DNA from: Dudresnaya verticillata
Lineage: Eukaryota
DNA: 64,000 bases
Direction: 5' to 3'
NCBI GenBank assembly: GCA_977862235.1
Contig: OZ374565.1
Coordinates: 186,001 to 250,000 of the forward strand
The translations under genes and the position numbers were made by a program. Below the pieces are notes generated by a model. That model searched no databases. It was not told the DNA's origin and saw nothing but the letters and a program-made list of their open reading frames with translations. Shown one piece after another: positions 23,804 to 35,870 of this stretch (its first letter is position 1; each line of letters opens with the position of its first letter).

Positions 23804-25172
23804 AGCGCCCTCGGAATGCAGCCGCGCGCCTGACACATTTGCCCACGCCACCGCGCGCGCCGCGCTAATGCTTACACCTACACGTGTTCACGCACCGCGC
23901 TTACAGACTCTTGGTCCCATTGTCCTCCGCTGCCCTGTGACACGTGCCACGTGTGCAAGTATGCCACGGGGCGCAGCAGCGTGACCCAGTAACTACACCT
24001 CACGCGTTCTCTCAACCCGACATTGCCGTCACTATCCGCTGTGAGCGGGAGGTCTGGTTCTTGACCAAGTTGCCCGACAAAGTCGAATGACTAGCGCCAT
24101 CGGCGGAAACAGGGATCACGAGCGGGTTCGCGCCTCGAGCTCAATTCCAGTCGCCAAAGGCGGTAGAAACGTCAAAGACGGGAGCTATCCGTCTAGGACG
24201 GTACAGAGCGCCAGCGGCGTTGGATAATTTGCACCATATGGCCCCCTTCCAAAACGCGAACACGCGAAGCAAATTCGTGAGGAACGTATTATTACCGGCC
24301 GTGCCGTGGTTATGTCACTTCCATTCCCCTCAAGGACGTGCGGCGTTGCCGAGTTTCCCGTCATAAGACGACTTGAGCAATTCACTAGTAGCGGTGTGCC
24401 CAGGGCTCCGAGGTCACCGGTGGTAGAACGTCCAAGACGGTTATCCCCGTGTAGGGCGGCTACCAGCGCTGCGCAGTAGCCGGGCGTCCACGCGCATAAA
24501 TAAACGATAAATTTTGACGGCATGCAGAAGCGCACCAATCAGCGTTCAATTTGCGTGCGGCGTGAAGCGCACCAATGAGCGCTCAATTTGGGTGTGCGCA
24601 GGTCACGTGCCTGTAAGCCCAAGCGCACCAATCAACGTCCAATTTGCGTGCAGCGCGAAGCGCACCAATGAGCGCGCAATTTGGGTGTAAGGCGAAGCGC
24701 ACCAATGGGCGTTCAATTTCCTGGCGCACAGGTCACGTGCCTGTAAGCTCAAGCGCACCAATGAGTGTCCAATTTGCGCGCGGGGCGAAGCGCACCAATC
24801 ACCATCCAATTTGGGTGTAAGCTGAAGCGCACCAATTAGCGCTTGATTTCCTTGTGCACAGGCCATTCGTCTGTAAGGCGGAGCGCACCAGTCATGCGTC
24901 GGGGGCTCTTACGTTCGGCGCGGCGTGCAGTGAACCGCCATCGGCGGGCGTGATCGTCAGGGACGGTATGAAAAACGCTAATGCGTGCGGTTGCGTCTTT
25001 GACGATATGGCGCGGCATGGCGCGGGTGCGGCCCAGCCGGAAAACGTCTGTGACGATATTGTGCGGCATGGCGCGGGTGTGCGCCATCCGGAAAACGTCT
25101 GAGACGGCATATCCTGGGATGGCGCAGGTGTGCGCCAGCCGGGAAGCGTCTAGGACGATATAGCGCGGCATG
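23804..25172 (+). repeat. Inner inverted arm B (1369 bp), left
   Basis: Reverse complement of 30783-32151, about 6 mismatches by eye. The ORF track mirrors it (24185..24538 minus equals 31417..31770 plus). Confidence 0.95.
24527..24895. repeat. Tandem array of AAGCGCACCAAT..CAATTT units (about 37 and 57 bp; 8-9 copies), mirrored at about 31060-31428
   Basis: Repeated GAAGCGCACCAATnAGCG.TCAATTT; the longer units contain GGTCACGTGCCTGTAAG. Confidence 0.9.
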
Positions 25173-27412
25173 GCGCGGGTGTGCGCCAGCCAGAAAACGT
25201 CTGAGACGGTATATCTTGGGATTGCGCAGTTGTGCGCCAGCCCGGAAGCGTCTCGGACGATATAGCGCGGCAGGGCGCGAGTGCGTCTCAGCCGGAAAAC
25301 GTCAATGACGATGCAAAGCGGCCGCGGCGGATCACCGTGTGGCCTCAAACGTCAATGACGATATGTAACGTCGATAACGATAAGATTCGGCACATTTCTG
25401 CTTACCCGAGAACGAAAACGTCAATGACGATATGCAACGTCTATCACGATACGAAGCGGCTCGTTCAGGGTGACCACGAACGTGCCAACGTCGATGACGG
25501 TGAAACGGGGCACTTCGCAGGTAAGCGCGTGCCCCAAAACGTCGATGACGACATTGAGCGTCGATGACGATAAGAAGCAGCTGTGGCGGGTGACCGGGTG
25601 GACCACGAACGTTCAAACGTCGACGACGGTGAAAAGGTGCACAGTGGAGGTAACCACGTGTCCCAAACGTCAATGACGCTATTGAGCGTCGACAACGTTG
25701 CAAAAGGGGTCGACAAGAGTGACCGCGTTGACCAAAACGTCAATGACGGTATGCAACGTCGATGACGATATTGAGCGGCCGTGTTAGGAGCCTGCCCCTA
25801 CTAAAAACGTCGATGACGATATGAGACGTCCATGACGGTACGAAGTGGAACGGCATGGGTTACCGAGTACAACAAAACGTCAATGACGATATTCAACGTC
25901 GGTAACGGCACGAGGCGGCACATGCGGTTGACCCCGAGTACCAAAACGTCCATGACTGTGAAATGACGGTACGAAGCGGCACATGGCAGCTGTCCGTGAG
26001 TCTGCAAACGTCTGTGACGGTAAACTTGGCAGTTCGCGTGTGATCGCGTGCACGTAACGTCAATGACGACACGCAACGTCGATGACGGTATGAAGCAGCA
26101 CATTGCGGGTGCCGCGATCCTTAAGACGTCGACAACGGTGAGGTGTGGCTCGAGGAGGGCAACCGCGTGCACTAAAGCGTCAATAACGATACAAAACGTC
26201 GATGACGATTCGAAGACGCCGTTGCCGGAGACCGCGAGCCTGAGCACGTCGACGACGGCACCAAATGGCACTGTACGGGTTACCGCGAGCCGGGAAAACG
26301 TCTATGACGGTATTGAGCTGGCATGGCGCGGTGATTCGCAAGCCGGGAAACGTCTGTGACGGTGTGTATCTGTGTGCTGCGAGTGAACGCGCAACGGCAG
26401 AACGTCTGTGACGGCGTATTTCGGCATAGAACAGGGTTGTGCGAGCCGTGTGCGAGCCGCGACCCGCACCAAAACGTCAATGACGATACGAAACGTCGAT
26501 GACGACAGGAAACGGCACGTTTCGGATGACCACGAGCCGGATAACGTCGACGACGGTGCTATATCGCACTAAGTGGCTGACCGAATGCACTAGAACGTCG
26601 ATGACGATACGAAACGTCGAAGACGATACGAAGCTGTCTTTGCTTGTGACCACGGGTACCAAGTGCTGCAAAGCGTCAGTGACGGTATAAAGCGACGTTG
26701 CGTGGGCTTCACCGCGCGACTGAAGAGCAGGAAACGTCAATGACGGTAAAAAGCAACATGTCGCGAATATCGGCGAAACGTCATTGACGGGATATCAAGG
26801 CAATAGGCCGGTTGCAGCAGAGCGGGAATCGTCGGTGACGGTAGAGAGCAGCATGGCACCGATATTCTCGTGGCATGAAACGTCCATGACGATAATGAAA
26901 CCACATGTGCCAGGTTTCTGTGTACTCGACGTCGACGACGATATACCGCAAGAGGGATCGGGTGATCACGAGTTTGCAATCGTCGATGACGGAAAACACA
27001 GTATGGCGTGAGTAACCACGATCCAAGAATCGTCTTTGACGCTAAAATGCGTCATGAGACGGTTGGTCGCGTTCCAAGCGTCGATGACGGTATCAATCGC
27101 TTCAGCGAGATAGTGCGGCTGAGTACGCATCGGTGATCGTACATGACGGAAAAGGCAACATGGTCCACATGTCGTGAGTAACCATGCGAATGAATCGTCT
27201 GTGACGGTGCAAAGCGGCACGCCGGGCATGGAACGCGAAGTCGCGTGCAGAACGTCAACAGTGATTAACAACCAAGTGGAGACCCCGGAGGGCCCGATTT
27301 CGATATTGTTCCAACGTCTCAAGACGGGTAAGTGTTACACCGACTCTGTCGAACCGATGAATCGTCGAAGACGTATTGGTGCGTACTGCGGTCTTGAACG
27401 TCAACGACGTTT
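24990..27412. repeat. Array of about 50 palindromic AACGTC-NNN-GACG motifs at about 51-bp and 19-bp spacing with diverged spacers
   Basis: Examples: AAAACGTCTGTGACGAT, AAACGTCAATGACGAT and AACGTCGATGACGG at about 25045, 25096, 25147, 25198, 25249, 25300, 25350, 25369, 25419, 25438 and onward. Confidence 0.9.
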
Positions 27413-27832
27413 TTGGTGGGATGGGTGTCCGGAATCACAATATCCAGTGGATATTCGGCCAAGCCGGCTTGAGCTCCGTCATCGACGCTCTATTGTTAGA
27501 CTTGAACTTGAGCGCTCGGATGCACGGAGGGCAGACTCGCCAGAGGCGGAAATACGGATGACGACACGTTCGGCAGGGGATATAAAGATCCCCTGTTAGG
27601 CGAACGGTCGGAAACGTCGCATATCGGCATAGCCGGGAGAGCCGAAGCAAACACGGGGCGGACACGGTATTCCGACTTCATCGTCATGCGTCTTGACCGT
27701 TCGAACGATGGTTCACTGCCAATCGCCCATGACGGGCGCCTTGAAGAGGCCCCAGGGGACAGTGATGGTCGGGACGGACCCACAGTATTCTCAAAAACGT
27801 AGAAAAACGTCGTGGACGAGTAGCGAAACGCT

Positions 27833-29776
27833 TTGAAAGCGGTTGATCGGTCGTCGCACGACGTTGCAGTTCGTAGAAACGTAGTCCGTCCGCAAGTGGT
27901 CGTACCCTGCGCGTTACGCGCTCGCTTACTCCACCTCCGGCACCACGCCAAGTTGGCAGGGCACCCAGGGGGGCGTAAGTTGTATCATACGCTTCGACGC
28001 GAATACTATTGGCCATCGATGCCAGTGGACTGCTATGCGACCGTCCGCAACTGCGTAACCTGCGCTAAGAATCGCGTATTGCTGCGAAAGAACACCAAGT
28101 AATTGAAGTTGTTCCCGGCAACCGAGCCTCTCGAATTCGTATCGATCGACATCCTGGGCGAACTCATACGCACGAAGCGAGGAAACAAGTTCCTACTCGT
28201 CATTGTGGACCGCTTTTCGAAGCTGGTCCGGACGGTCCCACTGCGTAGTATTGCGGCATTGGAAATCGCTAAGGCGTTTGTACGAAATTGGGTCTTCGGG
28301 TACGGTCCTCCCAAGACATTGTTGTCCGACAACGGACCACAGTTTGTGGCTAAGCTGTTTCAGGATATCTGCCGTCTTTTGGGAGTGGAGAATCTCTTCA
28401 CCACGACGTACCATCCGCAATGCAATGGCCAGGTAGAACGATTCAATCGAACTATCCTGGCCTCGCTGCATCACTACGTCGCGGATCATCCGAGAGACTG
28501 GGACCTGTTCACGGATGCCTTGACGTTCGCATACAACACCCAGTTGCATTCTTCTACGCATCTCGCTCCGTTTGAATTGGTGCTGTCTAAGCCACCACGG
28601 CTATTGTCGCTCGAAGCGGAACCGTCGCTCGAAAGTGTACCCACCGCGGGGCAATACTACACCAAGTGGCGAACCTGGCTGGCCGCACTGATGGGAGCCG
28701 CTAAAGCGTCGTTGGAGAAAACTCAAGCACGTTACAAACGACACTTCGATACCAGATTAAGGAAATCGAAGGAAGCAATCGCCATAGGCGACTTCGTATT
28801 CGTACGTAAGGAATACTTCGCCCCAGGCGGGAGCACGGATAGCGCAGAGCGTAAGCATAAGCTGGCACCAGTGGCGGACGGACCATACTGGGTAACTCAC
28901 GTTGATAACGAGACAGTAACCGTCGACAAGGGACGGGATGAGCGGGAACGTTTGTCCCAAGATCGCGTGGTCTGGGCGCCGACCCCACCGGGTCAGGCGG
29001 CCCCTCCAATCGTCGTACCACCAGGCCCGCCTGAGGAGCAGGGAGCAGTCGCCCCCACGTCACACGACGAAGGGATGACTACCCCAAGCACGCCGCCAGC
29101 GGACCCGGAAGAGGACGCAGACACTTCGCATACTGCGAGAGATCCGCAAGAGCGTACGATCGCAGCGTCACGCAGTCGTGGGTTGGCAGAGCGTTCGCCC
29201 TTCGCCGCCGATCCCGACGACCGCGCTTCGCAATCCGTCTCCAACGACGACAGTACCCCAGGGGTTCGCACCCGTTTGGAACACGTCGCTACGGCACCGC
29301 CGAATGAGAACAATGACTCAGCTGAAAGCGCGTCCGATAACGAAGACGTTAACCGTGCAAGCACGAAGCAAGGCGCTGCAAGCGATGAAATCGTCTCAAG
29401 ACGCAACAACCCACTGGCCGCTGATCGAGCGTCCGAGGCCCAAGGCCAACGCCTTCGGCGATCAACTCGTCGAGTACGCTTGGCCGAACCGGAACAGACG
29501 CCCATCACGCAACGAGACAAACCGCCAAAGGCGCTGGACAGGCCCACGTCCAAGCCGAACGCTGTGAGCGGAAAATAATACATGATTGAACGCATCGAGT
29601 CGCACGCGTACGCGGATGATGATGAGATCCTCTACCGCGTCAAGTGGTTTGGATACCCCGCTTCAGCGAACACCTGGGAGCCAGTCTACAGTTTTCCGCG
29701 ATCCCACGTCACACGATACGACCGTCGAAAACGTACGCAGCTACCGCCAAACGTCGACGACGCGGAGCGCGGCTAA
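27833..29776 (+). pseudogene. Gypsy-type DDE integrase with HHCC zinc finger, GPY motif, low-complexity linker and chromodomain; one frame, two in-frame TAA stops
   Basis: HHAKLAGHPG..YYWP..CVTC, SIDILG, LLSDNGPQF, NGQVERFN, ADGPYWV and YRVKWFGYPASANTWEP. ORFs 27833, 28103 and 29582 share a frame, with stops at 28100-28102 and 29576-29578. Confidence 0.92.
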
Positions 29777-30782
29777 CCCTAATCCGGAAATACCGCTGGA
29801 AGCGAATGGACGGACGATCGAGACCGCGTGTTCGACCTACGATCGCCAAAGGCGCGGAAGCGCAACCCATAGCCTGTGGACGCGGTCGCCAGAGCGACAG
29901 CGCCAAACACGTGTGCACACCATGGACGAACGCGGACGCAAGTCGTTGCGTCATAGACAGCCTCTCGCACGCCACCTCGCAGCAGCCCCAATACGGAACC
30001 TCTGGATGGGTGCGCTGTTGACAGTGGATCCAGATCGCAAATCGAGATCCACCACCGGCGCCCCTCAGGTAATAGGAGGCAGTAGTTGGTCAAATTTTAA
30101 TTTCCAAACACGGCAGCGCGCACCACCCCGCCGTCAACGCACGACGAACGCAATCATGCCAAGTGGCTGATCAGGTGCTACAAGCCCCAGCGACGACAGG
30201 CTCAAGTGGCAGCGCACAACAACCGTCTCCGACGTCGAGACGTGCACTCGCCCCACGGCCAAGTCCCTGGGACCGCCACCCTGCCGGCCACGGTCTCGCG
30301 CGCAAGCACCCGTCGAACGTCTCCGACGTATCTTGCCGGAGAAGGGGCGCACCGACAAACCCACCCCCGAAGGGGGGGAAGATGGTTGAAGACGCATTTG
30401 CTGTGGGTTCCGTGCACGACGCGCCAACAAATCGCCAACGACTCCACCGCTGCCCGTGGCCGCCGCGGTCGCAGTCGCGCGAGCGCGACCGACAACTCTA
30501 CCCTACCCCCAAGAAGGAACGTCGAAGACGAAAGGGGCGGCAACGCTAAGGCGTCAACACCTACCTCACCGCCTTCGCGACCCTCGTTGAGGACGCCGAC
30601 AAACCACGCCTAAGGCGCAGTGCGACACATGCATTATAAAAACGCTAAGTAAGCGGAAATACACCAACGCCGCACGTGAAACACGAAGAAAAACGCTACT
30701 ACAGTGGACACTACCAGCCAAACACAGCCGCAGCGCAACGCACGGCCAAGGCTAAAGGCATCAAACGCCAACGCTACGATAG

Positions 30783-32151
30783 CATGCCGCGCTATATCGT
30801 CCTAGACGCTTCCCGGCTGGCGCACACCTGCGCCATCCCAGGATATACCGTCTCAAACGTTTTCCGGATGGCGCACACCCGCGCCATGCCGCACAATATC
30901 GTCACAGACGTTTTCCGGCTGGGCCGCACCCGCGCCATGCCGCGCCATATCGTCAAAGACGCAACCGCACGCATTAGCGTTTTTCATACCATCCCTGACG
31001 ATCACGCCCGCCGATGGCGGTTCACTGCACGCCGCGCCGAACGTAAGAGCCCCCGACGCATGACTGGTGCGCTCCGCCTTACAGACGAATGGCCTGTGCA
31101 CAAGGAAATCAAGCGCTAATTGGTGCGCTTCAGCTTACACCCAAATTGGATGGTGATTGGTGCGCTTCGCCCCGCGCGCAAATTGGACACTCATTGGTGC
31201 GCTTGAGCTTACAGGCACGTGACCTGTGCGCCAGGAAATTGAACGCCCATTGGTGCGCTTCGCCTTACACCCAAATTGCGCGCTCATTGGTGCGCTTCGC
31301 GCTGCACGCAAATTGGACGTTGATTGGTGCGCTTGGGCTTACAGGCACGTGACCTGCGCACACCCAAATTGAGCGCTCATTGGTGCGCTTCACGCCGCAC
31401 GCAAATTGAACGCTGATTGGTGCGCTTCTGCATGCCGTCAAAATTTATCGTTTATTTATGCGCGTGGACGCCCGGCTACTGCGCAGCGCTGGTAGCCGCC
31501 CTACACGGGGATAACCGTCTTGGACGTTCTACCACCGGTGACCTCGGAGCCCTGGGCACACCGCTACTAGTGAATTGCTCAAGTCGTCTTATGACGGGAA
31601 ACTCGGCAACGCCGCACGTCCTTGAGGGGAATGGAAGTGACATAACCACGGCACGGCCGGTAATAATACGTTCCTCACGAATTTGCTTCGCGTGTTCGCG
31701 TTTTGGAAGGGGGCCATATGGTGCAAATTATCCAACGCCGCTGGCGCTCTGTACCGTCCTAGACGGATAGCTCCCGTCTTTGACGTTTCTACCGCCTTTG
31801 GCGACTGGGATTGAGCTCGAGGCGCGAACCCGCTCGTGATCCCTGTTTCCGCCGATGGCGCTAGTCATTCGACTTTGTCGGGCAACTTGGTCAAGAACCA
31901 GACCTCCCGCTCACAGCGGATAGTGACGGCAATGTCGGGTTGAGAGAACGCGTGAGGTGTAGTTACTGGGTCACGCTGCTGCGACCCGTGGCATACTTGC
32001 ACACGTGGCACGTGTCACAGGGCAGCGGAGGACAATGGGACCAAGAGTCTGTAAGCGCGGTGCGTGAACACGTGTAGGTGTAAGCATTAGCGCGGCGCGC
32101 GCGGTGGCGTGGGCAAACGTGTCAGGCGCGCGGCTGCATTCCGAGGGCGCT
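30783..32151 (-). repeat. Inner inverted arm B', right
   Basis: Reverse complement of 23804-25172. Confidence 0.95.
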
Positions 32152-32708
32152 TGTCACACGCACGACGGAACGACACGTGTCCTGAGTTCCCGCGCGCCGC
32201 AGCGCCACCGCCGTCGCCCACGCAGCAGTAGTAATACTTAGGTAACCCGTCTAGGACGTCCCAGTAAACCCCGGCAAGCCGGTATGCCTTCACACTTCGC
32301 CCCTTCGCTCGTTAGCGTCACTGCCGCTACCGACGTTGGCTACGCGTTGCGACGATCGCGCTTCCGCGTCAATGTCCGTCTTTGACGTGTATCCCCTTTT
32401 GTTTTCCCCCTTTATGGCCTTGGTAGCCGAATGCCCCTTCCCGCTAGTGTGTGCGTCGCCACCGCTTCCGTTAGGCAAAGCGTCGGTACCACCGTCCCTC
32501 CACGTGCAACACCGTCGTTGACGTGTTTCCATTTCCGTCTTGTCTCGCTTCTTTGGTTTCGATCTACCTACCGCCCAGGGAGTTTACAGTCCGCCTTGTG
32601 GCGTTGTCCATGCTCTACCACCCCTACCGTCTCTGACGTGCTACCCGCCGGGTCTCGAACTGCCCGGGCATGTTTTTCCGTCCTAGACGTTTTGCACCAC
32701 ATCTGACA
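32152..32708 (+). other. Right LTR-like cassette D' (557 bp), direct orientation relative to D
   Basis: TGTCA...TGACA. Shares CGACACG.GTCCTGAGT.CCCGCGC, GGTAA.CCGTCT..GACG, TACAGTCCGCC and GACGTTTTGCACCACATCTG with D. Confidence 0.75.
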
Positions 32709-33136
32709 CGTCGTCGTCGCCATGCAGCCGCGCGCGCGGGAGCTCAGGAGTAGCTTACAGGCGCATGCGTGTAGCATTGTGGGTGATCCGGATTCGGATC
32801 CAGATCCCTACCAGCATTGCTGGCGCGCGGCCATTACAGGCGCGCTCCTTACATCACTGTGGATCCCGATGCCGGATCCCGATGTCCCATCCGGATCCGA
32901 TCCGGATCCGGGCCAGGGTTACAGGCGTGCGCCTTGCGCCTGGCCGATCCGGATCGTGCATCTGGATCTGGCCGTACAGTGGGCGCGTGCGCCGCGCCGG
33001 GTAACGGCGGCCGTATGCCCGTGGGCCAACCGTCCATGACGTGTTCGCTCGCCAACGGCGGTCGACGTGCCGTCAGTAGACGTTGGTATATAATACGCTC
33101 ACAGAGAAAAAGGGGCAGCCCTCCCCTTGCACTACA
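32709..33136 (-). repeat. Outer inverted arm A', right
   Basis: Reverse complement of 22758-23185. Confidence 0.95.
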
Positions 33137-33141
33137 AGCAC

Positions 33142-35830
33142 GTGTTTCGCCTCCCTGGATTTCGTGTCGGGTTATTGGCAGCTTCCACCGCATCCCGATT
33201 CCTACACCGCGTGTGGCGTCATCACACCGCGCGGGGTAATGATATCAAAACGCGTGTTGGATGATCTGGCGAACGCCCTGGCTTTTTCCAGAGCTCGGTC
33301 GAGCCTCTATTCGCCAGCCTGCGTGATTTTCTGAAGGCATGGCTGGACGATTTCAGCCTTCACGCCCCATCCCAGGAGATTCTTTTGGACAATCTCGAGA
33401 TTTTTCTCTGCATTTGTAAGGAGAAGAGATTGTGGCTTTCCGCACGGAAATGCAAACTCTTTCGCAAGAAACTTCGCTGGTACGGTCGCATTGTGTCTGG
33501 AGAAGGGTACACACTCGACCCCACACGTCTTTCGGGTTTGCAAGAAATGGGAACCCCGAAGACTGCGGAAGAACTTGCGCAGTTCATCTACTGCTATCGC
33601 TGGATGTCGCTCGCCATCCCCGACTTCGCGCGCCGCATCGCGCCGCTCAACAACATCTGGGAAGAGGCGTACGCCAAATCTGGAAGCGTACGAAGAGATC
33701 TATCCGCACGATCGCGCTCAGTAACCTGTCTTGGGGGTCCCCGCATGAGAAGGCATTTCTCGATCTTCAAGACAGCCTACGGACCGCTGTCACCCTCTCT
33801 TATCCGGATCCGGACAAAGCTATTTGCGTATTCACCGATGCGTCCGAACGGTTCTGGTCTGTCGTTGCCACGCAGTGCGACGAATTAGATCTGAAGAAGC
33901 CGGTCGGCGAACAGAAGCATGAACCCCTCGCATTTTTGGGTTCCCAGTTTACAGGCGCATCGTTGAACTGGTATACCTTCGAGAAAGAAGGATTCGCGGT
34001 GTTCCAGACCTTTGAGAAACTCGACTACATGCTGCTTGGTCACGCGCGTACTCACGCGTTCACGGATCATCGAAATCTAATGTTCGTGTTCGCACCTCTT
34101 GCGCTGGAACCAGCTCTTGGAAGGCACATTGTCTCAAAAGTTCAACGTTGGGCTCTGTACTTGTCCAAGTTCAGCTACGTCATTGAGCACATCAAGGGAG
34201 AAGAAAATGTGTTTGCAGATATTCTTACTCGCTGGGTCAAGGGCTACCGCAACGAGAAGTCAATGCTATGCAGCGTTATACTCGGAGAAGCTGAACAGCT
34301 CATCCCTGCCGCCGACGCAATTGTCTGGCCGGATATCGAAGTGATTCGCGACTCACAAGCGTCTCACACACGCACTGAAGGAGTACTCCTTGACGAGGAT
34401 GACAGATTGTGGAAGAAAAGAAATCTCTTCTAGATTCCGAAGGAGGACCTCGAACTCAAGCTCACAGTAATTGTGTGTTCACACTGTGGTACAATCGGAC
34501 ACCGAGGTATGGATGCAACCAAGAGCATCATACTCGAGAACTTTTGGTGGGAGACCAAGAAGGAGGATGTCGACGAGTTGGTTCGCGGATGCCTACACTG
34601 CATCGTAACTCGTACGGGGGAGATCGTCCCGAGACCGCTCGGACACGCTCTGCACGGCGAACGCCCTAATGAAGTTGTCCACGCCGATTTCCTTTCCATG
34701 GGTCAAGGTGTGGACGAGAAGAAATACGTCCTCATCATACGGGACGACTTGTCCTCGTAAATCTGGCTTTGGCCAACAGACGAGGCGGACGCCAACGCTG
34801 CCGCTGCTGTCCTGAACTCCTGGGTTGGCAGCTTTAGTTCTATGGATTGGCTGGTCAGCGATCAGGGCTCCCATTTCAAGAACAAACTACGCAAGGAGAT
34901 GGTGGAAGAACTGCGTTCGCAACATCATTTCACCACGGCTTATTCTCCGTGGGCGAACGGTTCCGTCGAGAGAGTTTGCCGCGAAGTCCTTCGTGCGTGC
35001 CGCGCGCTGCTCAGCGAATGGAAGCTATCGCCGAAGGATTGGCCTACAGTAACCGAGTAGAACATCATCAATCAAGCTCCGCTTCGGAAGCTCGGCTTCG
35101 CGACGTGGAAGTGCCAGGTGTACACCGCACTCCGCTCGAGGTCTTCACAGGACATCGACCTGTGCGTCCTCTACTGAGAGCCTTACCGAAGAACAAGTAC
35201 CGGTCGGCCAAAACAATCGAAGAGCTACGCGCACGCGCGCTTCTAAACATTGATCAACTCCAGGATGCGTTGTTCAACGTTCATCGAGATGTGAAAGAGA
35301 TCTCAAGTGCTGCGCGGAAGAGAAAGGTTGACCAACACAACAAGCGCACGAACGTTCACCGCGCTAACTTCATCGAAGGCGACTTTGTCCTCGTTCATCG
35401 CGCTCAGCCCGGTGGACACATGCTGAAATTGGTTTGGCGAGGACCTCGCCGCGTCACACAAGTCCGTTCGGAATGGGTCTTCGAGATACAGAACCTCATA
35501 ACGGACAAAAGGGAAGTGGTGCACGCGCGCCGCTTACACCTTTACCGCTCGGATATGGATGGCAAGGAAGTCCTTCCTGCACTGCTTAAAGCTGCGGAGC
35601 ACTCCGAGACAAGCTACCAGATTGCCGAACAAATACGCGGCATCAGCGAAGTTGATGGGAACTCCAGATTCACTTGGAGTGGTGTGGGCTCCCCGATGAG
35701 GTCGACTGGACCTGGGAAACCTTTCGCCAAGTCTTCGAGGACATGCCTGGACTGCTCGAAGATTTTCTCCACACTGCCGGGACCCGCAGTCTCAAACGAC
35801 GCGCGCTCGCGCAATGCAATTTCTCGTAAC
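33142..35830 (+). pseudogene. pol 3' part of the host element (RT, RNase H, integrase, chromo-like), with frameshifts and stops
   Basis: Motifs are spread over ORFs 33083, 33385, 33432, 34473, 34842 and 34847. Confidence 0.9.
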
Positions 35831-35870
35831 CAAGCTTCTTTGTTCACGCTGAACAGAAGCTTGGGGGCAC

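Larger units (their letters stand above)
22758..33136. mobile_element. 10.4-kb integrase-only element with long bipartite terminal inverted repeats
   Basis: Ends TGTGGTGCAAGGG...CCCTTGCACTACA with 5-bp TSD AGCAC (22753-22757 and 33137-33141). Inverted blocks 22758-23185/32709-33136 and 23804-25172/30783-32151. The only recognisable coding is integrase plus chromodomain. Confidence 0.9.

Noticed and set aside
24836..25348. Repeat protein ORF (17-aa IVxDVFRLAHTRAMPR units) and its mirror at 30676..31119
   Set aside because: By-product of the 51-bp period; the frame is lost once 19- and 50-bp spacings begin.
24990..27412. True CRISPR array
   Set aside because: The repeat core is only about 11-16 bp and degenerate, spacers share a loose consensus (diverged tandem units), there are no cas genes, and the context is a eukaryotic TE.
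22758..33136. Polinton/Maverick or DIRS assignment
   Set aside because: No DNA polymerase B, ATPase, capsid or tyrosine recombinase; the TSD is 5 bp and the integrase is chromovirus-like.
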